26,190 nt of DNA from Parcubacteria group bacterium (GCA_020063075.1 JAGUVE010000030.1:1-26190), one strand, 5' to 3'; shown: positions 14,721-23,194, counted from the first letter of the stretch. The notes: generated by a model not told the origin, from the letters alone. Numbers and translations are program-made.

Positions 14721-16580
14721 ATGCTTACAAAAAGACAAAAACAGATTCTTGATTACATAAAGAAGTTTATAAAAGACAAGAACTACTCTCCTTCTTTTGA
14801 AGAAATAAGAAGGCATTTTAGATTCGTTTCAAAATCTACCGTTCATCACCACATAGAAACACTAAAAGAAAAGGGATGCCTTAACCGCGCACGGACTATA
14901 GAGTTGTCTAAAGATGAAAAATCTTCTGGCCTTGTGGAAATTACCCTGCTCGGCACCATTGCTGCCGGCCAACCAATTGAAGCGATAGAAAATCCAGAAA
15001 CGATAACTATTCCTTCTAGCGAATTGGGAAGGTATAACAATTATTATGCATTAAGGGTTGAGGGAAATAGCATGATTGATGATGGAATATATGATGGCGA
15101 CATTGTAGTTATAAAACAACAAAGCACTGCGGATAATGGTCAGACTGTCGTGGCTATTATCAATGACAATGAAGCAACACTTAAAAAAATATACCGAGAA
15201 AAAGACAGATTTAGGCTACAACCAGCAAATCCTACTCTTTTTCCAATTTATCCAAAAGAATTAGAAGTAAGAGGCGTGGTAGTAAAAATTATTAGAAATT
15301 TTGAAAAACAAATTGTAAGAGAAAAAATATCAGACCATAAATTACAAAGAAGAATTGATTATTCGTGGGATTTCAATGGTGCAAAAACAAAACCTTATAC
15401 ACATGGATTTCATACCTATCCGGCGATGTTTATTCCTCAAGTCGCAAGACGACTCCTTTTAACTTATAGCCAAAAGGGCGATACTATTTGCGATATATTC
15501 TGTGGTTCTGGAACCGCCTTAATTGAAAGCAGATTACTCGGCCGTAATTCTTATGGCATAGATCTTAATCCTTTGGCTACATTTCTGGCCAAAGCCAAGA
15601 CCATACCCATTGATCCAAAAATTCTTTCAAGAGAATATTTAAAACTTTTGGACAAAATCAAAAAAATTAAAAATAATGAAATAGAGAAGCCGCAATTTTA
15701 TAATATTAACTTCTGGTTTAAAGATAAAATTATTATTGAACTGGCAAAAATAAAAAAGGCAATTAGAGAAATTAGCAATAAAAATATCCAGAATTTCTTT
15801 TTAGTCGCTTTTAGCGAGACAGCGAGAAAGTCATCAAATACAAAAAGTGGGGAATATAAATTGGTAAGAATGAGAAAAGAAGAATTGGAAAAACATAATC
15901 CGAATGTTTTAGAAATCTTCAGAAAAAGGGTTGAAACGAACCTTAAAGGAATGGAAGAATATTATAAAGATGTTGATAAGAAAACATGGGCTAAGGTTAT
16001 CTACGGGGATTCATCCAAAGATAATAGCATAAAAGAGAATTCAATTGACTGCATAATAACTTCGCCGCCTTATGGAGATAGCAGAACAACTGTTGCTTAT
16101 GGTCAATTCTCTCGTCTTTCTGCCCAATGGATAGACATCTTTGATAATCCTGATGATGCCTCTGGCGTAGATAAAAAATTATTGGGTGGCAATGGCATAC
16201 CAACTATAAACCATTATTTGCCTTCAAACTACCTAAAAGAATCTTTGCAAAAAATACAAAAGAAAGATGAAAAAAGAGCAAAAGAGGTCTTAAGTTTTTA
16301 TATTGGATTGAATGATTGTCTCAAGAATGCCTACGAAATATTAAAACCAAATAAATACTTTTGTTTAGTAATAGGAAACCGCCTCGTAAAACAAGTAAGA
16401 ATCCCTACCGATTTTATAATTGCTGAATTAGCCGAAAAAATCGGGTTTGTTTGCGAAGATATTATGGTTCGTAATATTCCTGGCAAAAGAATGCCAATTA
16501 AAAACTCACCAACTAATATTGCCGGCGAATTGGAAGAAACGATGACTAAAGAAAGTATAGTGATATTAAGGAAAACCTAA
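14721..16580 (+). CDS. LexA repressor fused to an alpha-class N4-cytosine DNA methyltransferase (619 aa from ATG 14721)
   Basis: LTKRQKQILDYI/SPSFEEI/STVHHHI HTH; IAAGQP cleavage site; GNSM Ser and TLKK Lys; then HTYPAMFIPQ, DIFCGSGT (motif I), TSPPYGDSRTTVAYGQFSRLS (motif IV), KRMPIKNSPTN; one uninterrupted frame. Confidence 0.92.
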   Translation: MLTKRQKQILDYIKKFIKDKNYSPSFEEIRRHFRFVSKSTVHHHIETLKEKGCLNRARTIELSKDEKSSGLVEITLLGTIAAGQPIEAIENPETITIPSSELGRYNNYYALRVEGNSMIDDGIYDGDIVVIKQQSTADNGQTVVAIINDNEATLKKIYREKDRFRLQPANPTLFPIYPKELEVRGVVVKIIRNFEKQIVREKISDHKLQRRIDYSWDFNGAKTKPYTHGFHTYPAMFIPQVARRLLLTYSQKGDTICDIFCGSGTALIESRLLGRNSYGIDLNPLATFLAKAKTIPIDPKILSREYLKLLDKIKKIKNNEIEKPQFYNINFWFKDKIIIELAKIKKAIREISNKNIQNFFLVAFSETARKSSNTKSGEYKLVRMRKEELEKHNPNVLEIFRKRVETNLKGMEEYYKDVDKKTWAKVIYGDSSKDNSIKENSIDCIITSPPYGDSRTTVAYGQFSRLSAQWIDIFDNPDDASGVDKKLLGGNGIPTINHYLPSNYLKESLQKIQKKDEKRAKEVLSFYIGLNDCLKNAYEILKPNKYFCLVIGNRLVKQVRIPTDFIIAELAEKIGFVCEDIMVRNIPGKRMPIKNSPTNIAGELEETMTKESIVILRKT

Positions 16581-17333
16581 CGACAAAATCTCTCTAAATC
16601 TTTGGTAATCTTTGAAAATATTTTTATCTTCCCGTATTCCTTCACATCTTTATTGCAAACATATACTCCTTCTAATTCTTGCACTCTTTCTCTATTAGCT
16701 CCGCTTTCAAATGTCTCCCAAGCCGTAACTAACAACACTTTTATTTTAAGATAACGAGACCAGGTGATTGTCTGCATTATCCTTTCAGCTAAAGTTGTCT
16801 TGGCAGATATTATCGCCATTGGTTTATTCCCTTTATCGGTTCTGACCAAAATAATATCAATATCTGGCCTGTAATCACGCACCCCCTTTTTACCCACTTT
16901 TGTTTTAAGTTTTTGCTCTAATTCTCTTTTAATCTTTCCGCTTGTAATTGCTTCAAGCGGAATCTTTTTTTTGTAAAAAATAAGTGTTTAAAATTTTAGC
17001 AACCCACAGAGCAAAATTATTACCAGCCAATGGACGCATTGTATTGGCAATACTCCTGCCTATCACTCGCAATTCCAAAAGCATTCGAGGATCCCCAAGT
17101 ATTTTTTCCCATTTTGGCAATGTTTGTGGGCTTGCCCATTTTTTAACAGCTCTTGGGGTAATAATTTTAACGACATCTTCATCGGAATTTTTCAAAATTG
17201 TAGCTAAATCGTCTCCTATTTTTAGAGGATTATCTGATTTTTTCAAAGCAGAATCTATTTTATCATCAAAAAACTTTTTAATAACTTCTTTAAATTCACT
17301 TTCTTGATTTTTATTCCAATTAGTATGAAGCAT
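16577..17333 (-). pseudogene. Type II restriction endonuclease, BsaWI/CCGG-family-like, frameshifted at an A8 tract; 251 aa if one A is removed
   Basis: ORF 16953-17333 and ORF 16577-16897 join by deleting one A from 16965-16972, giving ...FLQKKIPLEAITSGKIKRELEQKLKTKVGKKGVRDYRPDIDII...SAKTTLAERIMQT..W; PD..D..K core; convergent with the MTase. Confidence 0.75.
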
Positions 17334-17356
17334 AAAGTTATAGGTTTGTCTTTTTT

Positions 17357-17384
17357 AATATATCAGTAAAATTTATTTTTGCAA
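17357..17384 (-). promoter_or_regulatory. sigma70-like promoter of the endonuclease gene
   Basis: TTGCAA (17384-17379), N16 ending in TGA, TATATT (17362-17357). Confidence 0.55.
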
Positions 17385-17464
17385 ACCCAGTAAGACAACT
17401 TTGACTCGCTACGCGACAATTTGTCCCGAAGAAGTCGGGACAAGGCAAAGTTGCTCTACTGGGT
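17385..17464. mobile_element. 80-bp REP/MITE-like branched palindrome with apparent 2-bp AA target duplication
   Basis: ACCCAGTA...TACTGGGT ends; CAACTTTG/CAAAGTTG stem; hairpins TCGC-TAC-GCGA and TTGTCCCGA-AGAAG-TCGGGACAA; removing it restores the 12246-12279 sequence. Confidence 0.65.
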
Positions 17465-17499
17465 AAATAAAAAAATCTCCATTTTGGCGATTTTTTATT
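17465..17499 (-). terminator. Terminator after the SAM-methyltransferase gene; right copy of the island-bounding direct repeat
   Basis: aaataaaaaaatctccattttggcgatt differs from 12253-12279 by one substitution and one extra A. Confidence 0.7.
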
Positions 17500-17508
17500 C
17501 CTTAATTA

Positions 17509-18225
17509 TTAACTTCTCCCCCTCCCCCTCCCCGTGTTTGATTTCCTTGCTTTAAATTGAATAAAACCCATAACTCTGCCATCGGGAGGAAAAAATATTC
17601 TTTTTCCGGTAACTACATCTTCTACTCTAAATCCAAATTCAGAGAATCTTTTTTCTAAATATTCCCTGGAAAAATAATGAAAAAATTTTCCATTCCTCAA
17701 AAAAGTATCTTTTTCTATTTCCTTGCCTTTACCGAAAGTTTTATCGCTATAATCTTTGTCGCTAACAGACAATGCAATTATATATATGGCGCCGTTCGGC
17801 TTTAAAACGCGGCGTATTTCTTTAATGGCCTTGACAAGATGGGCATCGGTAATAAAGTTTAAACTTAAATGAGAATAAACCGCATCAAAAAATTCGTCCC
17901 AAAAAACAAATGGTTCAGCGATATCCTGAACTTTTGCTTTCAAATTAGTTATCTTCTCTTTTTTAATCCGCTCATTTAACTCGTTGATGGCTGATTCCAG
18001 AAAATCGGTGGCGACAACGAAGTGTCCTTTTTTTGCAAAAAATATTTCATCTAATCCCGCCCCGCATCCGAGCGAAAGAATTTTTGACTCGGGTTTTAAA
18101 TCTTTTACTACCTCTTTTGCAAATTGGTGGACTTTAATCTGTTTGGCTTTTTTAGGGTCTTTTAAATCTTTTTGCCAGATGCGATGTTGATTCGACACAT
18201 AAATATTTTCATTTAATGAACGCAT
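17509..18225 (-). CDS. Class I SAM-dependent methyltransferase, substrate unknown
   Basis: ILSLGCGAG motif I, VVATDF, VQDI, FDAVYSHLSL, EIRRVLKPNG. Confidence 0.85.
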   Translation of the reverse strand: MRSLNENIYVSNQHRIWQKDLKDPKKAKQIKVHQFAKEVVKDLKPESKILSLGCGAGLDEIFFAKKGHFVVATDFLESAINELNERIKKEKITNLKAKVQDIAEPFVFWDEFFDAVYSHLSLNFITDAHLVKAIKEIRRVLKPNGAIYIIALSVSDKDYSDKTFGKGKEIEKDTFLRNGKFFHYFSREYLEKRFSEFGFRVEDVVTGKRIFFPPDGRVMGFIQFKARKSNTGRGRGRS

Positions 18226-18230
18226 AATTG

Positions 18231-18260
18231 AATAAAACAGGTCTTTTTTAAAGACCTGTT
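18231..18260 (-). terminator. Intrinsic terminator at the end of the ribosomal operon
   Basis: AACAGGTCTTT-N3-AAAGACCTGTT perfect 11-bp stem (18236-18260), 5 nt after the rpsI stop, followed by TTATT. Confidence 0.75.
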
Positions 18261-18265
18261 AATCG

Positions 18266-18721
18266 CTATCTCTTTTGCCATTGAGGGGCTTTTCTTGCTC
18301 TTTTTAAACCGAATTTTTTTCTTTCTTTCATCCGAGGGTCTCGGGTTAAATAACTCAGTCGCTTTAGTCGTTTGCCGAAATCAGGATTAAACATAATCAG
18401 CGCCCGAGATATTCCCAAGCGAAGGGCTTGGGCTTGACCATAAAGACCTCCGCCCTTTACTTTGGCTGAAATCCCGAATTTATCAAGGCAATTCATTTTT
18501 TCAAGGGCGCTTTTTGCCATACTCTGGAGTTCGGGCGTAGAAAAATAATTTTCAAAATTTTTGTTATTGACGAAAAATGTTTTTTCTCCTTCGGTCAAAA
18601 GCCGAACTCTGGCTATGGCCGTTTTTCTCCTGCCAACCGCTTCAAAATATTTAACCGGCTTTTCTTTGGCAGCGGTTTTTTTCTCCGTTTTCTCTTTTTT
18701 TGTTTTGGTTTTCACCTTCAT
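18266..18721 (-). CDS. rpsI: 30S ribosomal protein S9 (start moved to ATG 18721)
   Basis: GRRKTAIARV, VKGGGLYGQAQALRLGISRAL, RDPRMKERKKFGLKRARKAPQWQKR. Confidence 0.96.
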   Translation of the reverse strand: MKVKTKTKKEKTEKKTAAKEKPVKYFEAVGRRKTAIARVRLLTEGEKTFFVNNKNFENYFSTPELQSMAKSALEKMNCLDKFGISAKVKGGGLYGQAQALRLGISRALIMFNPDFGKRLKRLSYLTRDPRMKERKKFGLKRARKAPQWQKR

Positions 18722-18728
18722 AGGTCTA

Positions 18729-19076
18729 TTATTCAACGCTTAGCCGCTTTAACCTTATTTTTCTCAGTCGGTTTTTAGGCAGCATTCCCGAAACGACCCT
18801 CTTTAAAACTTGTTCCGGATTTTGGGCCAACATTTTTTTAATCGGTGTTTCTTTCAAGCCGCCCAAGTATCCTGAATGGCGATAATATTTTTTCTGACTG
18901 ATTTTTTTACCAGTCAATTTAATTTGAGCGAAATTTTTAACAATAACAAAATCGCCCGTATCTTTATAGGGCAAATAATCGGGCCTGTGCTTTCCTTGCA
19001 AAATTATGGCGATTTGACTTGCCAGTCTGCCCAAAACTTTATTACTGGCATCTATGGTATTGGTTTTACGTTCCAT
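18729..19076 (-). CDS. rplM: 50S ribosomal protein L13 (short form)
   Basis: IDASNKVLGRLASQIA..LQGKH, DTGDFVIV, YYRHSGYLGGLK, VSGMLPKNRL. Confidence 0.96.
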   Translation of the reverse strand: MERKTNTIDASNKVLGRLASQIAIILQGKHRPDYLPYKDTGDFVIVKNFAQIKLTGKKISQKKYYRHSGYLGGLKETPIKKMLAQNPEQVLKRVVSGMLPKNRLRKIRLKRLSVE

Positions 19077-19083
19077 AAATTAT

Positions 19084-19434
19084 TTATTTAACAAACTCTA
19101 TTATCGCCATCCTCGCTCCATCCGACTTTCTCTGCCCTAATTTAATAATCCTGGTATATCCTCCTTTTCTTTCTTTATATCTTTTTGCAATTCCGTCAAC
19201 TAATTTTTTAACGATTTTTCTCGGTAATTTCCGGGCTAATAAGCGCCGGGAACTTAAATTTTCCAACTTTGCCAAAGTAATTTGTTTTTCAACAAAACCG
19301 GAAACTTCTTTGGCTTTCGCCTCGGTTGTTCTGATTCTCTCTTTTAAAATAAGGGCGCTCTCTAAACTCCGCAAAAGCGCCTTTCTTTGGTCTGTTTTTC
19401 GGCTAAATTTTCGACCTCTTTTTCTCTTTTTCAT
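19084..19434 (-). CDS. rplQ: 50S ribosomal protein L17 (start moved to ATG 19434)
   Basis: GRKFSRKTDQRKALLRSL, IRTTEAKAKE, RKGGYTRIIKLGQRKSDGARMAIIE. Confidence 0.95.
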   Translation of the reverse strand: MKKRKRGRKFSRKTDQRKALLRSLESALILKERIRTTEAKAKEVSGFVEKQITLAKLENLSSRRLLARKLPRKIVKKLVDGIAKRYKERKGGYTRIIKLGQRKSDGARMAIIEFVK

Positions 19435-20116
19435 GTTTAAAATTTTCTCCAAATAAGGAAAAATGGTTAACTAAAATTTCAGAAGTCCTTGCAAAGGCTT
19501 CTTGCGGAGTTATTGTGCCGTCGGTCTCAATGTCTAAAAATAGGCGGTCAAAATCGGTCCTCTTTCCAACCCTCATATTTTCTACTCTAAAACTTACTTT
19601 TCTAATCGGTGTGAAAATGGCATCTAAGGGAATGGCGCCGACTTCTAATTTCTCCTTTTTTCTTCTTTCCAGGGGTTCATAGCCAATTCCTTTGTCAATC
19701 TGAATTTCCATTTCCAGTTCTTTTTTCTTATCGGTTACGGTGCAAACCGGGGCGTCTTTATTGACTAATTCCACTTGACCTGGCAATTCAAAATCCGAAC
19801 CTTTAACTTCTTTTTTCCCTTTAATTTTTAAGACGGCTTTTTGAGGTTCTTCTGAGAATAGTTTAAACCTCAGTTTTTTTAAGTTTAGGATGACGGTAAT
19901 CACATCTTCTAACACCCCGGGTATGGTTGAAAATTCGTGGTGAACGCCTTTTATCTTAACGTTCGTAACCGCCGCTCCTTCCAGAGAAGAAATCAATACC
20001 CTTCTCAGGGTATTTCCGATTGTAACTCCATAACCCGGATAAAGACCCTCAATTTCAAATTGGGCAAAATTTTCCTTTTTTTTAATAATTTTGGGCGGAT
20101 GGGGCAAGGGTATCAT
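19403..20116 (-). CDS. rpoA: RNA polymerase alpha subunit, N-terminal domain only (237 aa)
   Basis: GYGVTIGNTLRRVLISSLEGAAV, HEFSTIPGVLEDV, IPLDAIFTPI, RVGKRTDFDRL, TDGTITPQEA; stops shortly after the alpha-NTD. Confidence 0.95.
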   Translation of the reverse strand: MIPLPHPPKIIKKKENFAQFEIEGLYPGYGVTIGNTLRRVLISSLEGAAVTNVKIKGVHHEFSTIPGVLEDVITVILNLKKLRFKLFSEEPQKAVLKIKGKKEVKGSDFELPGQVELVNKDAPVCTVTDKKKELEMEIQIDKGIGYEPLERRKKEKLEVGAIPLDAIFTPIRKVSFRVENMRVGKRTDFDRLFLDIETDGTITPQEAFARTSEILVNHFSLFGENFKHEKEKKRSKI

Positions 20117-20117
20117 A

Positions 20118-20744
20118 TTATCTTGAATAATACTCGAAAATTGCCGGGATTTCAGCTGGCGGCGCTTCTTCCAAAGCCGGCTCGCCTATTACTTTCCCTG
20201 ACAATTTATCAATATCTAATTCTAGCCAAGACGGAACCTTTTGTTTTTTTAACATATTTTTGAGATTTTGAAAAATCGCCTTTTTCACCGAACTTTCTTT
20301 AAGGGAAATCTCCTGATTTTTTTTAACCTGAAAGGAAGGAATGTTAATTGTTTTTTTGTTAACCAAGAAGTGTCCGTGAGAAACCAGCAGCTTAGCGTGG
20401 GCTCGCGAAGAGGCAAATCCCAGGCGGAAAACAACGTTGTCCAGACGGCTCTCCAACTCTTTAATCAGCACAAAGGTTGCATCGTCCACTTTTCCTCTCT
20501 GCGATAGCGCTTCCGCTACATAGTTGGCGAACTGCCTTTCTCTTAATTGGTATAAATTCTTTAGTCGTTGTTTTTCTCTTAATTCCGAGGCATATTCAGA
20601 AACGGAAACCCTTCGCCTTTTCCGCTTAATCCCCGGGGGATAAGGCCTTCTTACTATTTGGCATTTTGGGGTAAAACATCTTTCTCCCTTTAAAAAGAGT
20701 TTTACGCCGAGCCGACGACAGATTTTACATTTTACATTTAACAT
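20118..20744 (-). CDS. rpsD: 30S ribosomal protein S4 (Zn-motif form)
   Basis: CKICRR..KLFLKGERC..PKC, EKQRLK, LESRLDNVVFRLGFA, LVSHGH, IFEYYSR. Confidence 0.96.
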   Translation of the reverse strand: MLNVKCKICRRLGVKLFLKGERCFTPKCQIVRRPYPPGIKRKRRRVSVSEYASELREKQRLKNLYQLRERQFANYVAEALSQRGKVDDATFVLIKELESRLDNVVFRLGFASSRAHAKLLVSHGHFLVNKKTINIPSFQVKKNQEISLKESSVKKAIFQNLKNMLKKQKVPSWLELDIDKLSGKVIGEPALEEAPPAEIPAIFEYYSR

Positions 20745-20750
20745 TATATT

Positions 20751-21203
20751 CTATACTCTTCTTACTTTTCGCGGACGGCAACCGTTATGAGGAATCGGAG
20801 TTATATCTTTGATTGAAACAATATCCAAACCTCTGCCAGCCAAACTTCTAATAGCTGATTCTCTTCCTGACCCAATTCCTTTTACTAAAACCGCCACTTT
20901 TTCAACTCCAATTTTTTTTACCGCCTGAGCCATAGCTTCGGCGGTCTTTGAAGCGGCGAAAGGAGTTCCTTTTTTTGTTCCTTTAAAACCGATGCTTCCG
21001 GCCGAAGTCCAAAATAAAACATTCCCTTGAATATCGGTTAGGGTTATTAGCGTATTGTTGTAGGAAGACGAAATATAAATCTTTCCCTCCAATACTTTTT
21101 GAGGAATTTTTAACCTGACTTCTTTTTGGACTTTTGAATCAACCTTTTCTCTCTCTTTTAGCAATTCCTCTTTACTCTTTTTAATAATGCGTTTTTTTCC
21201 CAT
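20751..21203 (-). CDS. rpsK: 30S ribosomal protein S11 with Lys/Glu-rich N-terminal extension (start moved to ATG 21203)
   Basis: [49 protein letters not shown]. Confidence 0.96.
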   Translation of the reverse strand: MGKKRIIKKSKEELLKEREKVDSKVQKEVRLKIPQKVLEGKIYISSSYNNTLITLTDIQGNVLFWTSAGSIGFKGTKKGTPFAASKTAEAMAQAVKKIGVEKVAVLVKGIGSGRESAIRSLAGRGLDIVSIKDITPIPHNGCRPRKVRRV

Positions 21204-21216
21204 AGTGGTGGTATTA

Positions 21217-21606
21217 TTATGTCGGTTCGGCCGGCGGCTTTCTTCCTGAGCCAACTGTCTTTCTCACATTCCCCCTCACTGTCCTGGTGTTAGTCCTCGT
21301 TCTTTGCCCTCTCACCGGCAATCCTCTTATGTGGCGAGTTCCCCTCCAACAACTGATGTCCTTTAGCCGTTTTATATTCATAATAAGCTCTCTTTTCAAT
21401 TCACCCTCAACTTTGTAATTTTTCTCAATGTTTTCTTTTAACAGGTTTATTTCATCCTGCTTTAAGTCCTTAGCTCTCGTTGAAGGATTGATTTTGGTTT
21501 CGGTTAAAATTTTTTTTGCCGAAGGCAAACCAAGCCCATAAATATAAGTTAGGGCTATTAGAATTTGTTTATTTTCCGGTATATTGACGCCTGCTATTCG
21601 CGGCAT
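21217..21606 (-). CDS. rpsM: 30S ribosomal protein S13
   Basis: [41 protein letters not shown]. Confidence 0.97.
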   Translation of the reverse strand: MPRIAGVNIPENKQILIALTYIYGLGLPSAKKILTETKINPSTRAKDLKQDEINLLKENIEKNYKVEGELKRELIMNIKRLKDISCWRGTRHIRGLPVRGQRTRTNTRTVRGNVRKTVGSGRKPPAEPT

Positions 21607-21621
21607 ATTTTTATCTATTTA

Positions 21622-21738
21622 TTAGCCTTGCCTTTGTTTATGCTTTGGATTTTTTTTGCAAATTACATAAACTCGTCCTTTTCGGCGGACGATTTTACAA
21701 TTATTGCAAATTTTTTTAACCGATGCCATTACTTTCAT
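21622..21738 (-). CDS. rpmJ: 50S ribosomal protein L36 (38 aa; below ORF-track cutoff)
   Basis: Manual translation [38 protein letters not shown]. Confidence 0.96.
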   Translation of the reverse strand: MKVMASVKKICNNCKIVRRKGRVYVICKKNPKHKQRQG

Positions 21739-21741
21739 AAA

Positions 21742-21954
21742 TTATCTTCCCCTATATACAATTCTTCCGCGCTTTTGGTCGTATTGGCTTACTTCAACCT
21801 GAACCCTGTCTCCGGGCAAAACTTTTATGCGATAAAGCCGGAGTTTTCCGGCTAAATGGCAGAGGATTTCTTCGCTCGAATCCAATTTTACCTTAAAATT
21901 AAGGTTTGGCAAGGCCTCTATAACTATGCCTGATTTTCTAATCCCCTTTGGCAT
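21742..21954 (-). CDS. infA: Translation initiation factor IF-1
   Basis: VIEALPN..FKVKLD, HLAGKLRLYRIKVLPGDRV, RGRIVYR. Confidence 0.96.
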   Translation of the reverse strand: MPKGIRKSGIVIEALPNLNFKVKLDSSEEILCHLAGKLRLYRIKVLPGDRVQVEVSQYDQKRGRIVYRGR

Positions 21955-21967
21955 TTAATAGATATTA

Positions 21968-21996
21968 ATGGTAGCAAAATTCATCAAATCAGTCAA
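21968..21996 (-). promoter_or_regulatory. sigma70 promoter of the infA-rpsI operon
   Basis: TTGACT (21996-21991), N17 ending in TGC, TACCAT (21973-21968); 13 nt to the infA ATG. Confidence 0.65.
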
Positions 21997-23194
21997 CCCT
22001 TAAGAGTATTTCTATTTTTTCATCATTTTGGGGAACTCTTTTTACCCAGAATGGCCAAAGTTTTATTTTGGCTTTTGAAATTCCCTGTTCTTTTTCCAAA
22101 AAATACTCCCCTTCAATCGCGGATTCGCCCTTAATTTTTTCCCTTAAATTCTGAAAATCCGGCTCTGAATAGATATCGGCTGAAATTTCCAGAAAAAGAA
22201 CGGCCTTCCCTTGCTCCAAGTCCTTTTCTTTAACCGAATAATTTAAATTCAAGCTTTTTTCAACTATTTTTTTGTTTCCTTCCGTTTGAGAATGTATATG
22301 GTCTTTCGCAAATTTCGCCAGGTCGGCTTTTTTGAATGTAAACCCGGTTGATTTAATTTTGGCTTTAAAAACGAATGACTTCAATTCTTGCCCAGCTTGA
22401 GCCAAGGGAAATTTTTCAATGATTTCTTGCTTTAATAATTCGTCCAATAAGACATCATCTTCCGCAGAGGATGTTTTCAAAGATTCTTTTCCCGCGCCGA
22501 ATAATTTTTCCGATAAAGTTCTTTCAGCGTTTTTCAAGTCCTCTTCCGTAACCCGGGATGACTTTCCAAAAAAACCGCCAGCAATTGGCAAAAATGACTC
22601 AGCCCAAATGTTGTAAAATAGCTCTGAAGAATATTTCCTGAGATTTGGGACCGAAAACTTGGAAGGCCCGATGTTATATTCATCTCCGGGACCATCGGCT
22701 TCAACATCAACTCCGTCCAAAAAACCCTTGGCAGGAACGGTTATTTCTTTCAATGAATGAAATTGTTTTCTTTCGTCAGACAGAAAACGGGTGTTTTTAA
22801 TCAGGGTTATTGCTCGTTGCGACTTATTATTAACCCGGATTTTCCCCCGGGCGAAATCCTTTTTTTCAATAATTCCCGAAGCCGGAAATTCCATTGATGA
22901 TTCATTTTCTTCTTCAATAAATTTACCGGGGATGTAACCTGCTTCTCCTGTCCTTTTGTCAATTTTAACTTCGGTTTTGAAATTTACATTTTTTGTTTCC
23001 GGTAAAATCTCCACCTCGGCTTTTGAAAAATAGAAATAAGAAAAAGTTCCGGCAGAAATCAAAATAACTAAAATTAGCCCAAGCTTAAAAACGCTTTTTT
23101 TACTTTCTTTCTCTTGATAAACGGGGGTAATTTTTTCTTCTTTTGCCCGAGCCATTTGCTTTGGCGCCGAAATATCAAAAAACTTTTTTGTCAT
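21989..23194 (-). CDS. Membrane-anchored protein with baseplate-J-like domain, function unknown
   Basis: Single N-terminal TM, then ARGKIRV.N, L.K.TRF, V.A..PG.EYNI, GG.; follows the FtsA-like gene. Confidence 0.55.
   Translation of the reverse strand: MTKKFFDISAPKQMARAKEEKITPVYQEKESKKSVFKLGLILVILISAGTFSYFYFSKAEVEILPETKNVNFKTEVKIDKRTGEAGYIPGKFIEEENESSMEFPASGIIEKKDFARGKIRVNNKSQRAITLIKNTRFLSDERKQFHSLKEITVPAKGFLDGVDVEADGPGDEYNIGPSKFSVPNLRKYSSELFYNIWAESFLPIAGGFFGKSSRVTEEDLKNAERTLSEKLFGAGKESLKTSSAEDDVLLDELLKQEIIEKFPLAQAGQELKSFVFKAKIKSTGFTFKKADLAKFAKDHIHSQTEGNKKIVEKSLNLNYSVKEKDLEQGKAVLFLEISADIYSEPDFQNLREKIKGESAIEGEYFLEKEQGISKAKIKLWPFWVKRVPQNDEKIEILLRVD

Noticed and set aside
17512-17535. (CCCCCT)n run encoding GRGRGR at the SAM-MTase C-terminus
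   Set aside because: Three short units only; no partner arm or second copy, so not called as an element or G-quadruplex
18561-22616. Plus-strand ORFs over the ribosomal operon and the baseplate-J-like gene (e.g. 19937-20263, 21565-21855)
   Set aside because: Antisense shadows; 21565-21855 overlies the real rpmJ
21989-23194. Prophage or contractile injection system suggested by the baseplate-J-like gene
   Set aside because: No other tail, capsid or integrase genes; embedded among housekeeping genes
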